From NCBI GenBank assembly GCA_034520565.1, contig JAXHNL010000002.1:1280001-1344000 (forward strand): a DNA stretch of 64,000 nt, given 5' to 3'. The stretch is from Halodesulfurarchaeum sp. (GTDB lineage Archaea > Halobacteriota > Halobacteria > Halobacteriales > Halobacteriaceae). The notes beneath the pieces are model-generated. The model did no database searches and was not told the DNA's origin. It was given only the letters and a program-made list of their open reading frames with translations. Position numbers and translations under genes: made by a program. This document shows positions 18,774 to 30,746 of this stretch, in pieces (position 1 is the stretch's first letter; each line of letters begins with the position of its first letter).

Positions 18774-19827
18774 TCAGTAGGACCGTTCGATGAGGTAGGT
18801 TCCGATCTGTTTCAGTCGCTCTCGGGCCTCGTTTTCGGGGAGTGTGTCGAGTTCCTCGGCGCCCTCTGCGATGAGGTCGGCGGCGAGATCCTCGGCGTAG
18901 GCGATCGACCCGGCCTCCTCCAACGTTTGGACGGCCGCGTCGATTTCGGCGTCCGTCACGGCATCCGGGTTTGATCCCTCTATCAGGGTGTCAACGTCGA
19001 CTCCCTGTTCTTTCGCGTGTTGTGTGATGACCGTCCGTTTGCCCTCGATCAGGTCGCTTCCACGGGTTTTCCCGAGTGTCTCGCTCGATGTCGTCAGATC
19101 GAGGACGTCGTCGTAGATCTGGAAGGCCTGCCCGATCGAGCGTCCGTACGCTGAAAGGGCGTCGACGATTTCCTCCTCGGCGCCCAGCAAGACCGCTGGA
19201 ATCGAGGCGGAGGCGGCATAGAGGACGGCGGTTTTCCGGTCGACCATGTCGAGGTATTCCTCCGTGCTGACGGCGTCCCGGGTCTCGAAGTCCACGTCCA
19301 GGGACTGGCCCTCGCAAATACGGGTGCAGGTCGAGGCCAGCCGGTCGATCGCCTCGAGCCCTCGGTCCGACGGCGCCTCGCTCTGAAGCATGATCTCGAA
19401 GGCCTTCGAATAGAGCGTGTCGCCGGCGAGAATGGCCGTATCCGAGTCGAAGGCGACGTGGACGGCCGGTGCCCCACGGCGCATCCCGTCGTCGTCCATG
19501 ATGTCGTCGTGAATCAGCGTGAAGGACTGGATGACCTCGACGCTCACCGCCGCGGCCAGAAGGTCTATCGGCTCCTCCGTCGGGCACCGTCGTCGGGAAC
19601 TCCCGGTAGCATTCGGTTCCCGGGACGGTATCCGTGACTGCTTCCCCGGCGACCAGCAGAATCGTCGGGCGAAGGCGCTTCCCGCCGGCTTCGAGCAGAT
19701 GGCGGGACGCCTGGTAGAGTCGCTCCGGGTCCGCGATCGGGAGGTAGGTGTCGATGTGGTCGTTGACGATCTCCCGCCGGCTCGCAATGGCCTCCTCGAC
19801 GGTCGCAGCACGCACCTCGGGTTTCAT
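18774..19827 (-). CDS. idsA: Geranylgeranyl diphosphate synthase (frameshift at ~19585)
   Basis: GGKRLRP in one frame; LIHDDIMDDD and FQIYDDVLD in the next. Confidence 0.9.
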
Positions 19828-19828
19828 G

Positions 19829-21177
19829 TCACTCGACGAGTTGGATCCTGTTGCCGTTGCGGGTGATGTGGAGGTCACGCCCGACGCGGTAGCCCTCCGA
19901 TTCGGCCAGACTCACGTAGGGTGCGTACCCCTCCATGTCCTGGTGGGCCGGAATGACGTGCTGTGGGTGGAGCGCTTGCAGCATCTGGTAGTGACCCTCC
20001 TGATTGAGGTGACCGGAGACGTGAATCTCGTCGTAGATGCGAGCGCCTTGCATGCTCAGAAGCTTCTCTGCCTGGTAGCGCTGGCCCTCGTTGGTCGGCT
20101 CGGGGATGACCCGCGCCGAGAAGATGACCTTGTCGCCGTCTTCGAGTTCGTAGGGCGTCTCGCCGCGGCCCATCCGGGTGAGCATCGCGCGCGGCTCGCC
20201 CTGGTGGCCGGTGACGACGGGCAGGAAGCGGTCCTTGCCCTCGTTCATGATGCGTTTGAAGGCGCGGTCGACGCTCTTCCGGTGGCCGTACATCCCGAGG
20301 TCGTCGGGGAAGTCGACGAAGCCGAGCCGCTCGGCCGCCCCGGAGTACTGCTCCATCGAGCGCCCGAGGAGGACCGGCTGTCGGCCGATCTCCTTGGCGA
20401 ACTCGACGAGGCTGCTGACACGGGAGATGTGACTGGAGAACGTCGTGGCGACGATGCCGCCGTCGTAGTCCTCCATGGCTGTCGAGCGACGTCCTTGAGG
20501 TGGCGTCGGGCGACGGACTCGCTCGGTGTGCGCCCTTTCTTCTGCGCGTTCGTGCAGTCCTCGATGTAACAGAGGACGCCCTCGCCCTCGCGACCGATCT
20601 CGCGGAACCGCTTCATGTCGATCGGATCCTCGAGGACCGGATCGTGGTCGAGACGCTTGTCGAGTCCGTAGACGATCGCCCCCTCCGGGGTGTGCAGGAC
20701 GGGGTTGATCGCGTCGATGATCGAGTGGGTGACGTGGACGAACTCGAGTTCGAGCCCGTTGCCGATCTCCATCGACTCGCCGCCCTCCATTTTGACGAGG
20801 TCGTTGTCGACGCCGAACTTCTCCTCGCCCTCGATCTGTCCCTTTACCAGTTCGATGGTGTACGGAGACGCCACCACCGGTGCGTTGTATCGGTGGGCCA
20901 GCTTTGAGATGGCGCCGATGTGGTCGAGGTGGCCGTGCGTCGGCACGATGGCCTTCACGTCGCCCTCGAGGTCGGACATCACGCGGTCGTCCGGAATGGC
21001 CCCCATGTCGATGAGGTCCAGACTGTGCATCCGTTCGGTCTCGACGTTGTCGTGGATGAGGACCTTCGACAGGTTCAGGCCCATGTCGAAGATGACCACG
21101 TCGTCGCCGGCCCGCACGGCCGTCATCTGCCGGCCGACTTCCTCGTAACCGCCGATTGTCGCAAGTTCGATTTCCAT
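19829..21177 (-). CDS. rnj: Ribonuclease J, beta-CASP (frameshift at ~20480)
   Basis: [34 protein letters not shown]. Confidence 0.92.
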
Positions 21178-21389
21178 TGTTGATCACTGAAAGCCCTATC
21201 GGGCCCGCTCAGTACTGAAACACGGGTCTGTCCGCCGCCACGACCCCGGCGTCTTGCAGCCGTCGACCCTGGCGGTTTTGATCGACTGTGGTATGTGACC
21301 TATGTCACCCTTCTCCTATAAACCACCTGATTGTGCCGTCGACCCGTCGTTTGGCTGTTTGGTCGGTCGGTCACCGTTTTGACCGGCGT

Positions 21390-22190
21390 TCACCGCTCGG
21401 ACCGACCGTCGATCCGCGTTCCCGGTTCCCCGCCGGCCAGAAACCCAGCTAATCCCGCCAGGTCGAATATTCGGGATGATGCGTCCAATTCGAGGAGTGC
21501 ACGCACTTTCCCAGCCATTCCTCCAGTCACGTCGGTCGAGTCGCTCCCCCCGAGGACGTCGCTGACGACCTCGAAGTCGCCGATCTGGGGAATCACTTCG
21601 TCATTATCGTCGAGGACACCCGGCACGGTCGTACAGAGTCCAACTGCCTCGGCATCGAGGGATTCCGCGATCGAAACGACCAGTTCGTCACCGCTCACGA
21701 TGGTCGCCCCCGCCCCCTCGGTGGTGAGCACATCACCGTGAAGGACGGGAACGAACCCTTCCGCGAGCATCGCCGCGATTTGATTCGTCGTGAGGTGAAC
21801 TGCGCCCGATTTGTCCCGGTAGCCGGCCGAAAACGGTCGGACTGGGACTGCTTTCACCCCGTTTTCTTCCAGGGCATCGAGTACCGAACCGTGTAACCGG
21901 CCCATAGCCTCGTGGATTTCGCGGATCGCACGGGTGTCCGTCGTTCCGGCGTCAATAGCCGCCCCTGCGGCCTCGGCTGCTGGATGGCCGAAGGATCCAC
22001 CGCCATGGACGATCACGAGTTCCTCGACGTCGGCAGCGCCAATCGATGCGGCCGCGGCGGCCAAGGCCTCGGTAGTAACGGTTTCATTTCCGTCCTTGTC
22101 GGTGATGACGCTCCCGCCGAGCTTGATAACGACTGGAGACACAGCTGGGGGTTCTGCAGTATCGGTGCTCGAATCAGTGCCGGAAGTCAT
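21390..22190 (-). CDS. ipk: Isopentenyl phosphate kinase
   Basis: IKLGGSVITDK, VHGGGSFGH, SGDE, DVTGGMAGK; next to mvk. Confidence 0.9.
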   Translation of the reverse strand: MTSGTDSSTDTAEPPAVSPVVIKLGGSVITDKDGNETVTTEALAAAAASIGAADVEELVIVHGGGSFGHPAAEAAGAAIDAGTTDTRAIREIHEAMGRLHGSVLDALEENGVKAVPVRPFSAGYRDKSGAVHLTTNQIAAMLAEGFVPVLHGDVLTTEGAGATIVSGDELVVSIAESLDAEAVGLCTTVPGVLDDNDEVIPQIGDFEVVSDVLGGSDSTDVTGGMAGKVRALLELDASSRIFDLAGLAGFLAGGEPGTRIDGRSER

Positions 22191-23173
22191 GGTTCACGTC
22201 GAACCCCGTCGGTGTCCAACCCTGCCCTGAATGCCGATTCGCAGGCCTGGGAGTACTCGAGTGCCGTTTTCGTCGCGTCAGTTTCGTCGAGCGCGACGAT
22301 GCAGCCACCGCCTCCGGCCCCGGTGAGTTTCGCGCCGGTGGCGCCTGCTTCCCGAGCGGCCCAAACCATCGCGTCGAGCGATCGGGAGGAGACTCCCAAC
22401 GCGTTGAGCAGACCGTGATTGAAGTTCATGAGCCGCCCGAGTTCACGCATGTCCCCTTCGGTGAGTCTGTCGAGGCCCTGCTCGACCACGTCGCCGATCG
22501 ACTCGACCGTATTCGCCGCGAACGGGTACTCATCCCGCAGGGAGCGTACGCTCGAGACGAGCGCTCCGGTATCTCCCGCTCCGCCGTCATAGCCGATCAC
22601 GAAGGGGAGTTCGGGAGCCTCGAGCTGTTCGCGGTCGTCGCCTTCGACCAGTACAGCCCCACCCATTGCCGAGCAAAAGGTGTCCGCACGGGAGGCCTGA
22701 CCGTCCTGAACTTCGTGTTCGACCCGGTATGCCCGATCGGCGATCTCCGCTCTGTCGAGTGGTTTTCCGAGGGCCCGCGTCGCAGCGTCGATCGTGGCGA
22801 CGACGACTGCGGCGGAGGAGCCCAACCCTGCACCGAGGGGAATCTCACTCTCGATCTGGACCTCGAAGCCGGCGTCAGGTGTGTCTGCTGCGTCCCGGGC
22901 CTGTTCGATGGCACCGTCAACGTAGCCCATCGCGGCCCGGACGAGATCCTCCGTCACGTCCACCTCTGGAGTGCCCTCCGTCGACCCGTCGTACTCGACG
23001 GTAAAGCCGTCGAGGCTCAGGTCCCGGGCGCTCACCCGGAGTCGGCCGTCCGCACGCTCATCGACGGTAACCGTCGCCCGGCGCTCGATGGCACAGGGTA
23101 CTGCGGGTTCGCCGTAGACGACTGCATGCTCCCCGAAGAGATAGACCTTCCCGGGGGCGCTGGAGGTTGCCAT
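22187..23173 (-). CDS. mvk: Mevalonate kinase
   Basis: APGKVYLFGEHAVVYG, PLGAGLGSSAA, KLTGAGGGG. Confidence 0.94.
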   Translation of the reverse strand: MATSSAPGKVYLFGEHAVVYGEPAVPCAIERRATVTVDERADGRLRVSARDLSLDGFTVEYDGSTEGTPEVDVTEDLVRAAMGYVDGAIEQARDAADTPDAGFEVQIESEIPLGAGLGSSAAVVVATIDAATRALGKPLDRAEIADRAYRVEHEVQDGQASRADTFCSAMGGAVLVEGDDREQLEAPELPFVIGYDGGAGDTGALVSSVRSLRDEYPFAANTVESIGDVVEQGLDRLTEGDMRELGRLMNFNHGLLNALGVSSRSLDAMVWAAREAGATGAKLTGAGGGGCIVALDETDATKTALEYSQACESAFRAGLDTDGVRREP

Positions 23174-23234
23174 ACCGTTTCCTCGGCCCGCAGGCTAAAA
23201 AACGCTTGAGTCCGTCCAAAAGTGTCTTCGCCGC

Positions 23235-23992
23235 TTAGATTTCGCTCTCTTCGAAGTCCGCGAGCGAATAGGCGGGTTCGGCGCCGCGACGGTCGAGAAC
23301 CTCGTTGCCGAGCAACCAGTAGACGACCGAGAGCGCACGTCGACCCTTGTTGTTCGTCGGAATGACGAGGTCGACGTTGCTGGTCGCGTTGTTCGAGTCA
23401 CACATCGCGATGACCGGGATGCCCACGGTAATCGCCTCCTTGACCGCCTGGGCGTCACCGATGGGGTCGGTGACGACCACGTACGTCCGGCTCGATGTAG
23501 CCGTCGTACTGCGGGTTCGTCAGCGTCCCCGGGATGAACCGGCCGGTCCGGGCGCGCGCGCCGACGGCCTCGGCGAACTTCTCGGCCGGGAACCGGCCGT
23601 ACTGCCGCGAGGAGGTCACGAGGACCTGCTCGGGGTCGTAGTTGTCGAGGAAGTCCGCGGCGGTCCGGATGCGCTCGTCGGTCTTGCTCACGTCGAGGAC
23701 GTACAGCCCGTCCGTCCGGACGCGATGGATGAACCGCTCCATGTCCTTGGTCTTCTGCTGGGTCCCGATGTGGACCCCCGCGCCGAGGTACTCCTCGACG
23801 GGGATCAGCAGGTCCGGATCCGACGCCGCCATGACGTCCTCGTCGAGCGCGGCTCCTCGGCTGCCTCTGCCTCGGCTCGGCGTCGGCCGCGTCGGTCGTC
23901 GGTCGGCCTCGCGGTCGGCGGCGTCGCGTCGGCCTCGTCGGCGTCGTGCTTCGTCGTCGACGTCCTCGGTCTCGGTGTCGTTCGTCGCTCAT
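23235..23992 (-). CDS. rps2: 30S ribosomal protein S2 (frameshifted)
   Basis: [32 protein letters not shown]; [14 protein letters not shown]. Confidence 0.9.
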
Positions 23993-25207
23993 GTGCGTCG
24001 TCGCTCGATTCGGATGAGTTCGTTCAGTTTGGCGGTTCGCTCGCCGCCGACGGTGCCCGTCTTGATGAACGGGGCGTCGGTCGCCACGGCGAGGTGTGCG
24101 ATGGTAGTGTCCTCGGTCTCGCCCGCTCCGGTGGGAGACGACCGGAGTCGTAGCCGCGCTCGCGGGCGCAGTTCGATGGCGTCGACCGTGTCGCTGAGGG
24201 TGCCGATCTGGTTCGGCTTGATCAGGACGCTGTTTGCCGCGCCGTGTTCGATCCCGTCGGCGATCCGGTCGGTGTTGGTCACGAACAGGTCGTCCCCGCA
24301 GATCAGCGTGCGAGAACCGACCCGCTCGGTCAGCCGGGCGAAGCCGTCGAAGTCGTTCTCGTCCAGCGGATCTTCGACGTAGACCAGGTCGTATGTATCG
24401 ACCATCTCGGCGATATACTCGATCTGCTCGTCGGTGGACGTCCGCTCGCGTCGCCGTAGCGGTAGACGTCGGCGTCGTCGTCGTAGAGTTCGGCGGCCGC
24501 CACGTCGAGGCCGAAGCCGATCTCGAAGCCGACGTCGTCGGCGACGTCGCTCGACGGCCTCGGCGACGACCTCGAACGCCTCGGCGTCGTCGATCGGCGG
24601 GCGCCCAGGCGCCCTCGTCGCCCTTCGCCGGCGGCGATGCCGCGCTCGGCGAGGAGCTCGCCGACCGCCGCGTGGACCGCGGCGTTCGCGAACACCGCCT
24701 CGCGCGACGCTCGGCGCGCCGACGGGCGCGGCGAGGAACTCCTGGATTGCGGTCGCGTCGGCGGCGTGTTCGCCGCCGCCGATGACGTTCCCGAGCGGAA
24801 TCGGGAAGGACCGTCGCCGCGGAACGCGCCGCCGAGGTGCTGGTACAGCGGTGCACCGAGCACGTCGGCGGCGGCCTTCGCGGCGGCCATGCTGATGGCG
24901 ACGGCGCTGTTCGCGCCGATCTCCGAGAAGTCGTCCGTGCCGTCGGCGGCGTGGAGCACCTGGTCGACCTCGCGCTGGTCGCCCGCGTAGGCGTTCCCCT
25001 CGAGTCGTGGGATCGCGTGTTCACGGGCTGCAGCGATAGCTTCCTCGACGGGCCGTTCGATGGCCTCGTGCTCGCCGGTGGAGGCCCCGCTCGGCGCGGC
25101 CGCACGCCCGAAGCCGCCCGACTCGGTGAGGACGTCGGCCTCGACCGGTCGCGTTGCCGCGGGAGTCGAGGATCGGCCGCGAGCCGGACCGTCTCGATCA
25201 GCGTCAT
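23989..25207 (-). CDS. eno: Enolase (multiple frameshifts)
   Basis: [52 protein letters not shown] fragments. Confidence 0.88.
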
Positions 25208-25386
25208 GTCCGTCGCCTCGTCGGACCGTGAACGGCAGGACCGGCGTCGTACTCCTCGGCCGCGATGAGGATCGGCTCGGTCTGATCGGTGTCGATCAGC
25301 ACCGGCGCGCCGTACGACACCTGCAGCGCTCGCGCACCGAGGATTCGGGCCTTTTCGTACCGGTTGTAGTGTTCTTGACTGGACAT
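25204..25386 (-). CDS. rpoK: RNA polymerase subunit K (Rpo6)
   Basis: [21 protein letters not shown]. Confidence 0.93.
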   Translation of the reverse strand: MSSQEHYNRYEKARILGARALQVSYGAPVLIDTDQTEPILIAAEEYDAGPAVHGPTRRRT

Positions 25387-25387
25387 G

Positions 25388-25588
25388 TTACTGGTAGGGG
25401 GAGACGACGTCGACGAGGTCCTGGTGGGAGACGAGCATCCGGCGACAGCAGTGTCGTTCGACGCCGAGGTCGTCGAGCACCGCCTCGGGGTCCTCGTCGC
25501 CGTCCAACGTGGCCGCGCGGGCCTGGTATTCCTCCCAGTATTCGCCGACGACGTTGCCGCACGTGAAACAGCGGACTGGGACCATCAT
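25388..25588 (-). CDS. rpoN: RNA polymerase subunit N (Rpo10)
   Basis: [19 protein letters not shown]. Confidence 0.95.
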   Translation of the reverse strand: MMVPVRCFTCGNVVGEYWEEYQARAATLDGDEDPEAVLDDLGVERHCCRRMLVSHQDLVDVVSPYQ

Positions 25589-25595
25589 GACTGAA

Positions 25596-25994
25596 TCACC
25601 TGTAGGACTTCTGGTAGCGCGCCCGTGCTCCCGGGCCGCCCCACTTCTTGGGTTCGGGCTGCCGGACGTCGTTGACCAGCAGCGTGCGGTCGAACTCCAT
25701 GAACGCGTCCCGGAGTTCGGCGTCGCCATAGAACTGGACCAGGCCGCGGGAGATGGCCGTCCGGACGGCGTCTGCCTGTCCGGCGAAGCCGCCGCCCTCG
25801 ACGGTCACGTCGATGTCGACGTCCTCCCGGAGCTCGTCGTCGGCGATCCGGAACGGCTCGAGCATTTTCAGCCGGGCCATCTCGGGCTCGACGAGTTCGA
25901 TCGGCGTCGAGTTGATTCGCACGCGACCCTCGCCCTCGCGCACGGTCGCGCGAGCGATGGCCGTCTTCTTCTTGCCGCTCGTGTTCGTTACCAT
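25596..25994 (-). CDS. rps9: 30S ribosomal protein S9
   Basis: [30 protein letters not shown]. Confidence 0.96.
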   Translation of the reverse strand: MVTNTSGKKKTAIARATVREGEGRVRINSTPIELVEPEMARLKMLEPFRIADDELREDVDIDVTVEGGGFAGQADAVRTAISRGLVQFYGDAELRDAFMEFDRTLLVNDVRQPEPKKWGGPGARARYQKSYR

Positions 25995-26431
25995 GTGACG
26001 TTCGCTCCGAGTTGTTCGCTGACCTCGCCCAGGTGGACGAAGCGGATGTTCGAGAGTCGGTCCAGCGAGGTGCCCTCGAGCGACCTCGCGCGTCCTCGTC
26101 GTAGCGGGTTGCCGACGTAGACGCGGACGCGCTCGAGCGCCTCGCGGCCGCGCGGCTTCTTGTACGGGAGCATCCCGCGGATGGCGCGCTTGAAGATGCC
26201 GTCCGGCCGCTTCGGGTAGTGCGGGCCCGCGGTCGGAGCCGAGCTCCGCGCGCGTCCTGGTACGTCTCGAGGACGTCCTCGCTCGCGCCGGTGATGACGG
26301 CGTCCTCCGCGTTGACGACGGCGATGCGCTCGCCGTCGAGGGCGCGCTCGGCGACGTGGCTCGCGACGCGACCCAGGATGCAGTCCCGGGCGTCGACGAC
26401 GAGGTCGGCGTCGAACTCGGCGAGCGCTCAT
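25988..26431 (-). CDS. rpl13: 50S ribosomal protein L13 (frameshifted)
   Basis: [14 protein letters not shown] (manual); [24 protein letters not shown]. Confidence 0.88.
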   Translation of the reverse strand: MSARRVRRRPRRRRPGLHPGSRREPRRRARPRRRAHRRRQRGGRRHHRRERGRPRDVPGRARSSAPTAGPHYPKRPDGIFKRAIRGMLPYKKPRGREALERVRVYVGNPLRRGRARSLEGTSLDRLSNIRFVHLGEVSEQLGANVTW

Positions 26432-26785
26432 CGGATCACCCGGACGTTCGGCGCCGTCGGGATTCGTTCGAGTGCCTGTTCGAGTGTCGACGGCCTCGCC
26501 GTCGGCCTGCTCGATCTTCGTCTCGCGCGGTGCGCGGAGAAGTCGACGGCGGCGACGGTGACGTCCTTCCGCAGCGACGCCGCAGCCGAGCACCTTGCCC
26601 GGAACGACGACCGTCTCGTCCTCGCGTGCGTACCGTTCGATGCGGCTCAGGTTGACCTCGGCGTGGGTCCGGCGCGGCTTCTCGAGCCGACCGGCGACGT
26701 CATGCCAGACGTCCGCGCCCTGGTCGCGGGCGGCGGACTTCAGTTCGGCGATGAGACCGCTGAGTCTCGGACTTGTCTTGCTCAT
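26428..26785 (-). CDS. rpl18e: 50S ribosomal protein L18e (frameshifted)
   Basis: [28 protein letters not shown]. Confidence 0.9.
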
Positions 26786-26810
26786 TACGGTGCTGGAAAA
26801 GTGTGGGGAG

Positions 26811-26895
26811 TGCAGGGAGCAGGATTTGAACCTGCGAACCCCTACGGGACAGCGCCCTGAACGCTGCGCCTTTGGCCTGACTTGGCTATCCCTGC
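26811..26895 (-). tRNA. tRNA-Leu(CAG)
   Basis: GCAGGGA/TCCCTGC acceptor stem, CAGCG-TTCAGGG-CGCTG anticodon arm, long variable arm, GTTCAAATC T loop. Confidence 0.93.
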
Positions 26896-27034
26896 ACGCA
26901 GTCCGTCACGTACGGTTCGCGCCTCGCCCCTGCTCAGACCCCGTTTCGGTCGATTCCGGTCGCCGGCGCCGCTGCCGTGGGGCGGGCGCGCGACGCCGGC
27001 GGTGCGAGGTGGTCGGGTGTCGAGTCGTCGTGCG

Positions 27035-27795
27035 TTACAGTTGGCACTGCGCTGCTTCGAGTTCGTCCGCGCGGTCGTACAGCGACGTCGACGCGCCGCG
27101 CGAGCACCAGTTCGTCGACGCGGCATCGAGCCGTCGGTCTCGACGTGGAAGACGAACGCGTCTCGGGACGTCGTCGACCGTCGACCTCCTTGTCCGGGTA
27201 CCGGTTCGTGAGGTCGTTGTCGAACGTCTCGGTCGGCGATCGAGCTCGCCGTCGTCCTCGATGACGCCGCGGACGATCTCGGGCTCGTCGTCCTCGTACT
27301 CGTCGCGCGTCGCCGACGACCTCGACGCGCTGGAGGTGTCGGTAGCCGACGGCGACGCCGCCCTGGTGTTTGGCGTGGTCGCGGCCGGTCCCGAGGACGG
27401 CGTCGGCCTCGAGTTCGAGGCGCTGGTCCTCCTTGAGGTCGATGATCGGGACGTTGTCGTCGGCGGGTTCGACCAGCTCGTCGCTGGAGACGAGGTCGCC
27501 GGAGTAGGCCGTGCCGGGCCCCTCGACGTCGAGCGCGAGCGTGACCGCGTCGCCCTCGTCGAACTCGCCCTCGGGCGTAGTGAGCGGGACGAGCCCGAGA
27601 CGGAGCGCGATCTGCTCGTCGAACATCACGCTCGAGTTCTCGACGAACCGAACCGTGTCGATCGAAAGCGTGGGCACGTCGGCGAGCATGGCCCGACGGA
27701 TGCCGTTCGCGAACGCCGGCGTGATGCCCCGGACGAGGAACGCGGGCTTCGCGGTCGCCGCGTTCGATGAACTCGACGTCGAAGTCCGTGCTCAT
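27035..27795 (-). CDS. rpoD: RNA polymerase subunit D (Rpo3) (frameshifted)
   Basis: [40 protein letters not shown]. Confidence 0.9.
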
Positions 27796-27797
27796 GG

Positions 27798-28190
27798 TCA
27801 GTACCCGCTGTTCTTCGGTGGCCGCGGTGCCGTCGTGCGGGATCGGCGTGACGTCCTCGATGCGGCCGATCTCGAGGCCGGCGCGCGCCAGCGCCCGGAT
27901 GGTCGGCCTGCGCGCCCGGGGCCGGGGTTCTGCTGTTGGTTGCCGCCTGGTCCGCGAACGCGGACGTGGACGCCTTCGATGCCTTGCTCCATCACGTTCT
28001 CGGCGATTTTCTCGGCCATCTGCATGGCCGCGTACGGCGAGGCCTCGTCCCGGTTCTGTTTCGACGACCGCGCCACCGCTCGACTTGGCCAGGGTTTCGG
28101 CCCCGGTCTGGTCGGTGATGGTCATGATCGTGTTGTTGAACGACGCGTGGACGTGGGCGATGCCCCAGCTGGTCGTCGTCTGCCACTCAT
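27798..28190 (-). CDS. rps11: 30S ribosomal protein S11 (frameshifted)
   Basis: [17 protein letters not shown]; [17 protein letters not shown]; [14 protein letters not shown]. Confidence 0.9.
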
Positions 28191-28191
28191 G

Positions 28192-28714
28192 TCATCTGTC
28201 CCTCCGCCCGTTCGGGGTGGAGTTCGTCCGCGAGCGGGCTGCGTCTCGTCGAAGTCGATGCGCGTCCTCCTCGTCGACGTCGACCGTGTACGACGGCTCG
28301 CGTGACGCGGCTGTCCGTCGACGATGACGTGGCCGTGGGTGACGAACTGTCGGGCCTGATCGACGGTGTTGGCCAGTCCCTTGCGGTACACGACCGTCTG
28401 GAGACGCCGTTCGAGGACGTCGGTCACGTCGAGTGACAGGACGTCGTCGAGGCCGTCGCTGCTCGTCGAGGATGCCGATCGCGCTGGAGGCGGCCGAGGA
28501 ACTCCGTCGCCGGACTCGCCGTCCTCGCGGTCCGGCCGAGCAGCCGCCGGGCCTCGCGGCGGTAGCGAGCGCAGCTCGGACTGGGCGCGCCAGAGCTCCT
28601 CCTTGTTCTTCAGGCCGTACCGGCCGACGAGGTCGCGCTCCTCGGCGATGCGCTCGCCCTGGAAGGGGTGGTTCGGCGTCTCGTAGAACTTGGTGTTCTG
28701 CTCCGGAGCGCCAT
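28192..28714 (-). CDS. rps4: 30S ribosomal protein S4 (frameshifted)
   Basis: [25 protein letters not shown]; [25 protein letters not shown]. Confidence 0.9.
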
Positions 28715-29233
28715 TACTCGTCACTCTCCTCGGCGGCCTCTTCCTCGGCCTGCTCCTCCTGGATCGCCTCGACGTTGACGCCGATGGTGCCCTCCGTACG
28801 GCCCGTGGACTTCGTGCGCTGTCCGCGGACCTTCTGTCCGCGCTCGTGGCGGACGCCCTTGTAGGACCGGATCATCTGCATCCGGTTGATGTCCTGCTGG
28901 CGGGTCAGCTCGAGGTCGTTGCCGGTCTCGTGGGTGGTCTCGCCGGTGAAGAAGTCGTTCCGGCGGTTCGCCATCCACTCGGGGACTTCGTCGGCGAAGC
29001 CCTCGACGAGCGTCGACGACTGTCGTCGATGGCGTCGTCGTCGAGGCGCGCCGAACGTGGCCGTCCGGTCGACGTCGGCCTGCTCGGCGATGATGCGGGC
29101 GGCCCGGCGGCCGATGCCGTTCAGTCTCCGTGAGGGCACGCTCGACGGACTTCGTCCCGTCGAGGTCGGTCTGTCCGATGCGGACGAAGTACCGAATGTC
29201 CTCGTCCTCGTCCTCTGGTTCTTCCGAACTCAT
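28714..29233 (-). CDS. rps13: 30S ribosomal protein S13 (frameshifted)
   Basis: [15 protein letters not shown]; [25 protein letters not shown]. Confidence 0.92.
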
Positions 29234-29249
29234 GTTTGGTGTCGGTGAG

Positions 29250-29333
29250 CGTCGTGGCGGGGATTTGAACCCCGGAGGCTTACGCCACAGAGTTAGCAAC
29301 CCTGCGCCTTGGGCCAGGCTAGGCTACCACGAC
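29250..29333 (-). tRNA. tRNA-Ser(GCT)
   Basis: GTCGTGG/CCACGAC acceptor stem, CAGGG-TTGCTAA-CTCTG anticodon arm, long variable arm. Confidence 0.93.
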
Positions 29334-29516
29334 GCGCGTGTTCGGTATCTGTCGCCCTCTCGGACTCGGGGCCGTACGCCCCTGCAGTGACCTGCAGCAG
29401 AATATCGCCGCCGGTACTTAAGCACCGTCGGAACGCCTGCGAGTCCGACGACCGGATCGCGTGACCCGCGGATCGCCCGCTGGCGATCTGATCGAGTCGT
29501 CGGTCGACGGCCGTGG

Positions 29517-30531
29517 TCACGCGGATTCGCGCGAGTCGGTGTGCTCGCAGCGTCCGGATGTCGGCGACCCGCATCGAGGTCCTCGTTGTTCACCTCCCAG
29601 TCGCCGTCGCATCGTTCTGGACCATGTACTCCCCGTAGTAGGGAACCCGGTTCTGCGACGGTCTCCCGGAAGGCCGCCCGGATCTCCTCGCGCGTCATCT
29701 CGCCCATCGACCGGAGGTCGTCGTTGCGGTTCAGACAGCCCTTCAGCTTCCCGTCGTGGGTGACGCGAACGCGGTGGCAGTTCGCGCAGAACGCCTCGTT
29801 CTCGACGGGGTCGACGATCTCGACCATGCCGCCGTCGACGCAGTACCGCTTGCCGGTCGTGCATGTCGCGGCGCTCGACGCGGTCGGCCTGCTCGGCGAG
29901 CCAGTCGTGGACCCGCTCGATGTCGATCGCCCACTCGGGGTGGCCGGCGAGCTCCGGCATGTACTCGATGAGCTGGAGCTGGAGCCCGTCGTTCTCGGCG
30001 ACGTGGTCGACCATCTCCGGGACGTACCCCGCGGTCTTCTCGAAGACGACCATGTTGAGCTTCACGGGGTCGAGGCCGGCGTCGACGGCCGCCTCGACGC
30101 CCTCCAGAACCTGGTCGTAGGCACCGCTCTTCGTGATCTCCGCGAACGCCTCCGGGTCGAGGGCGTCCTGGGAGACGTTGACCCGCTCGAGTCCGGCGTC
30201 GACGAGCGCCTCGGCCCGTCCGGGAGGAAGGTCCCGTTCGTCGTCATCGAGACCTCCATCGCCGTCGGGCGTCCGACGCGATGATCTCCTCGAGGTCCTC
30301 GCGGAGCATCGGCTCCCCCCCGGTGAACTTGACCGCCTCGACGTCGAACTCGCGGGCGACCTCGAGGAACCGGACGACCTCGTCGGTCGACATCTCGTCG
30401 TCCTGGGGCTCCATCGGCCCGCGGGTGTCCCCGAGCCCCTCGTTGTGACAGTAGACGCAGTCGAAGTTACACCGGTCGGTGAGAGAGACCCGGACCCCGG
30501 AGACCTCGCGGCCGAAATCGTCTTCGAGCAT
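29517..30531 (-). CDS. moaA: GTP 3',8-cyclase MoaA (frameshifted; 3' end approximate)
   Basis: [19 protein letters not shown] radical-SAM motif; [20 protein letters not shown]. Confidence 0.88.
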
Positions 30532-30746
30532 ATCTCTTACTCACTTCTGAATTGCCTTAACTGCGATGGTAATTTGGCCGTTAGGTAACGAATACTGGTT
30601 ACGCACGGTCGAATCGGGTGTTGCGCCATCCGTCATCGCTTCGTGCGCACACGATGTCAATGATTCCCACAGATTGTGCACGACTGGCGACCGCAAATCC
30701 CTGCCAAACACAACCCTTATTCACGGTTCCCGGCCTACGTCGGGGT

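Noticed and set aside
18774-21177. Programmed frameshifting or pseudogenisation of idsA and rnj (also the permease at ~38735 and gyrB at ~63555)
   Set aside because: Isolated indels in otherwise intact core genes, no slippery motifs, in an evidently error-prone assembly.
29396-29424. AGCAGAATAT..GTACTTAAGCA resembling the 27-bp site
   Set aside because: Wrong spacing, and better explained as the TATA box of tRNA-Ser on the minus strand.
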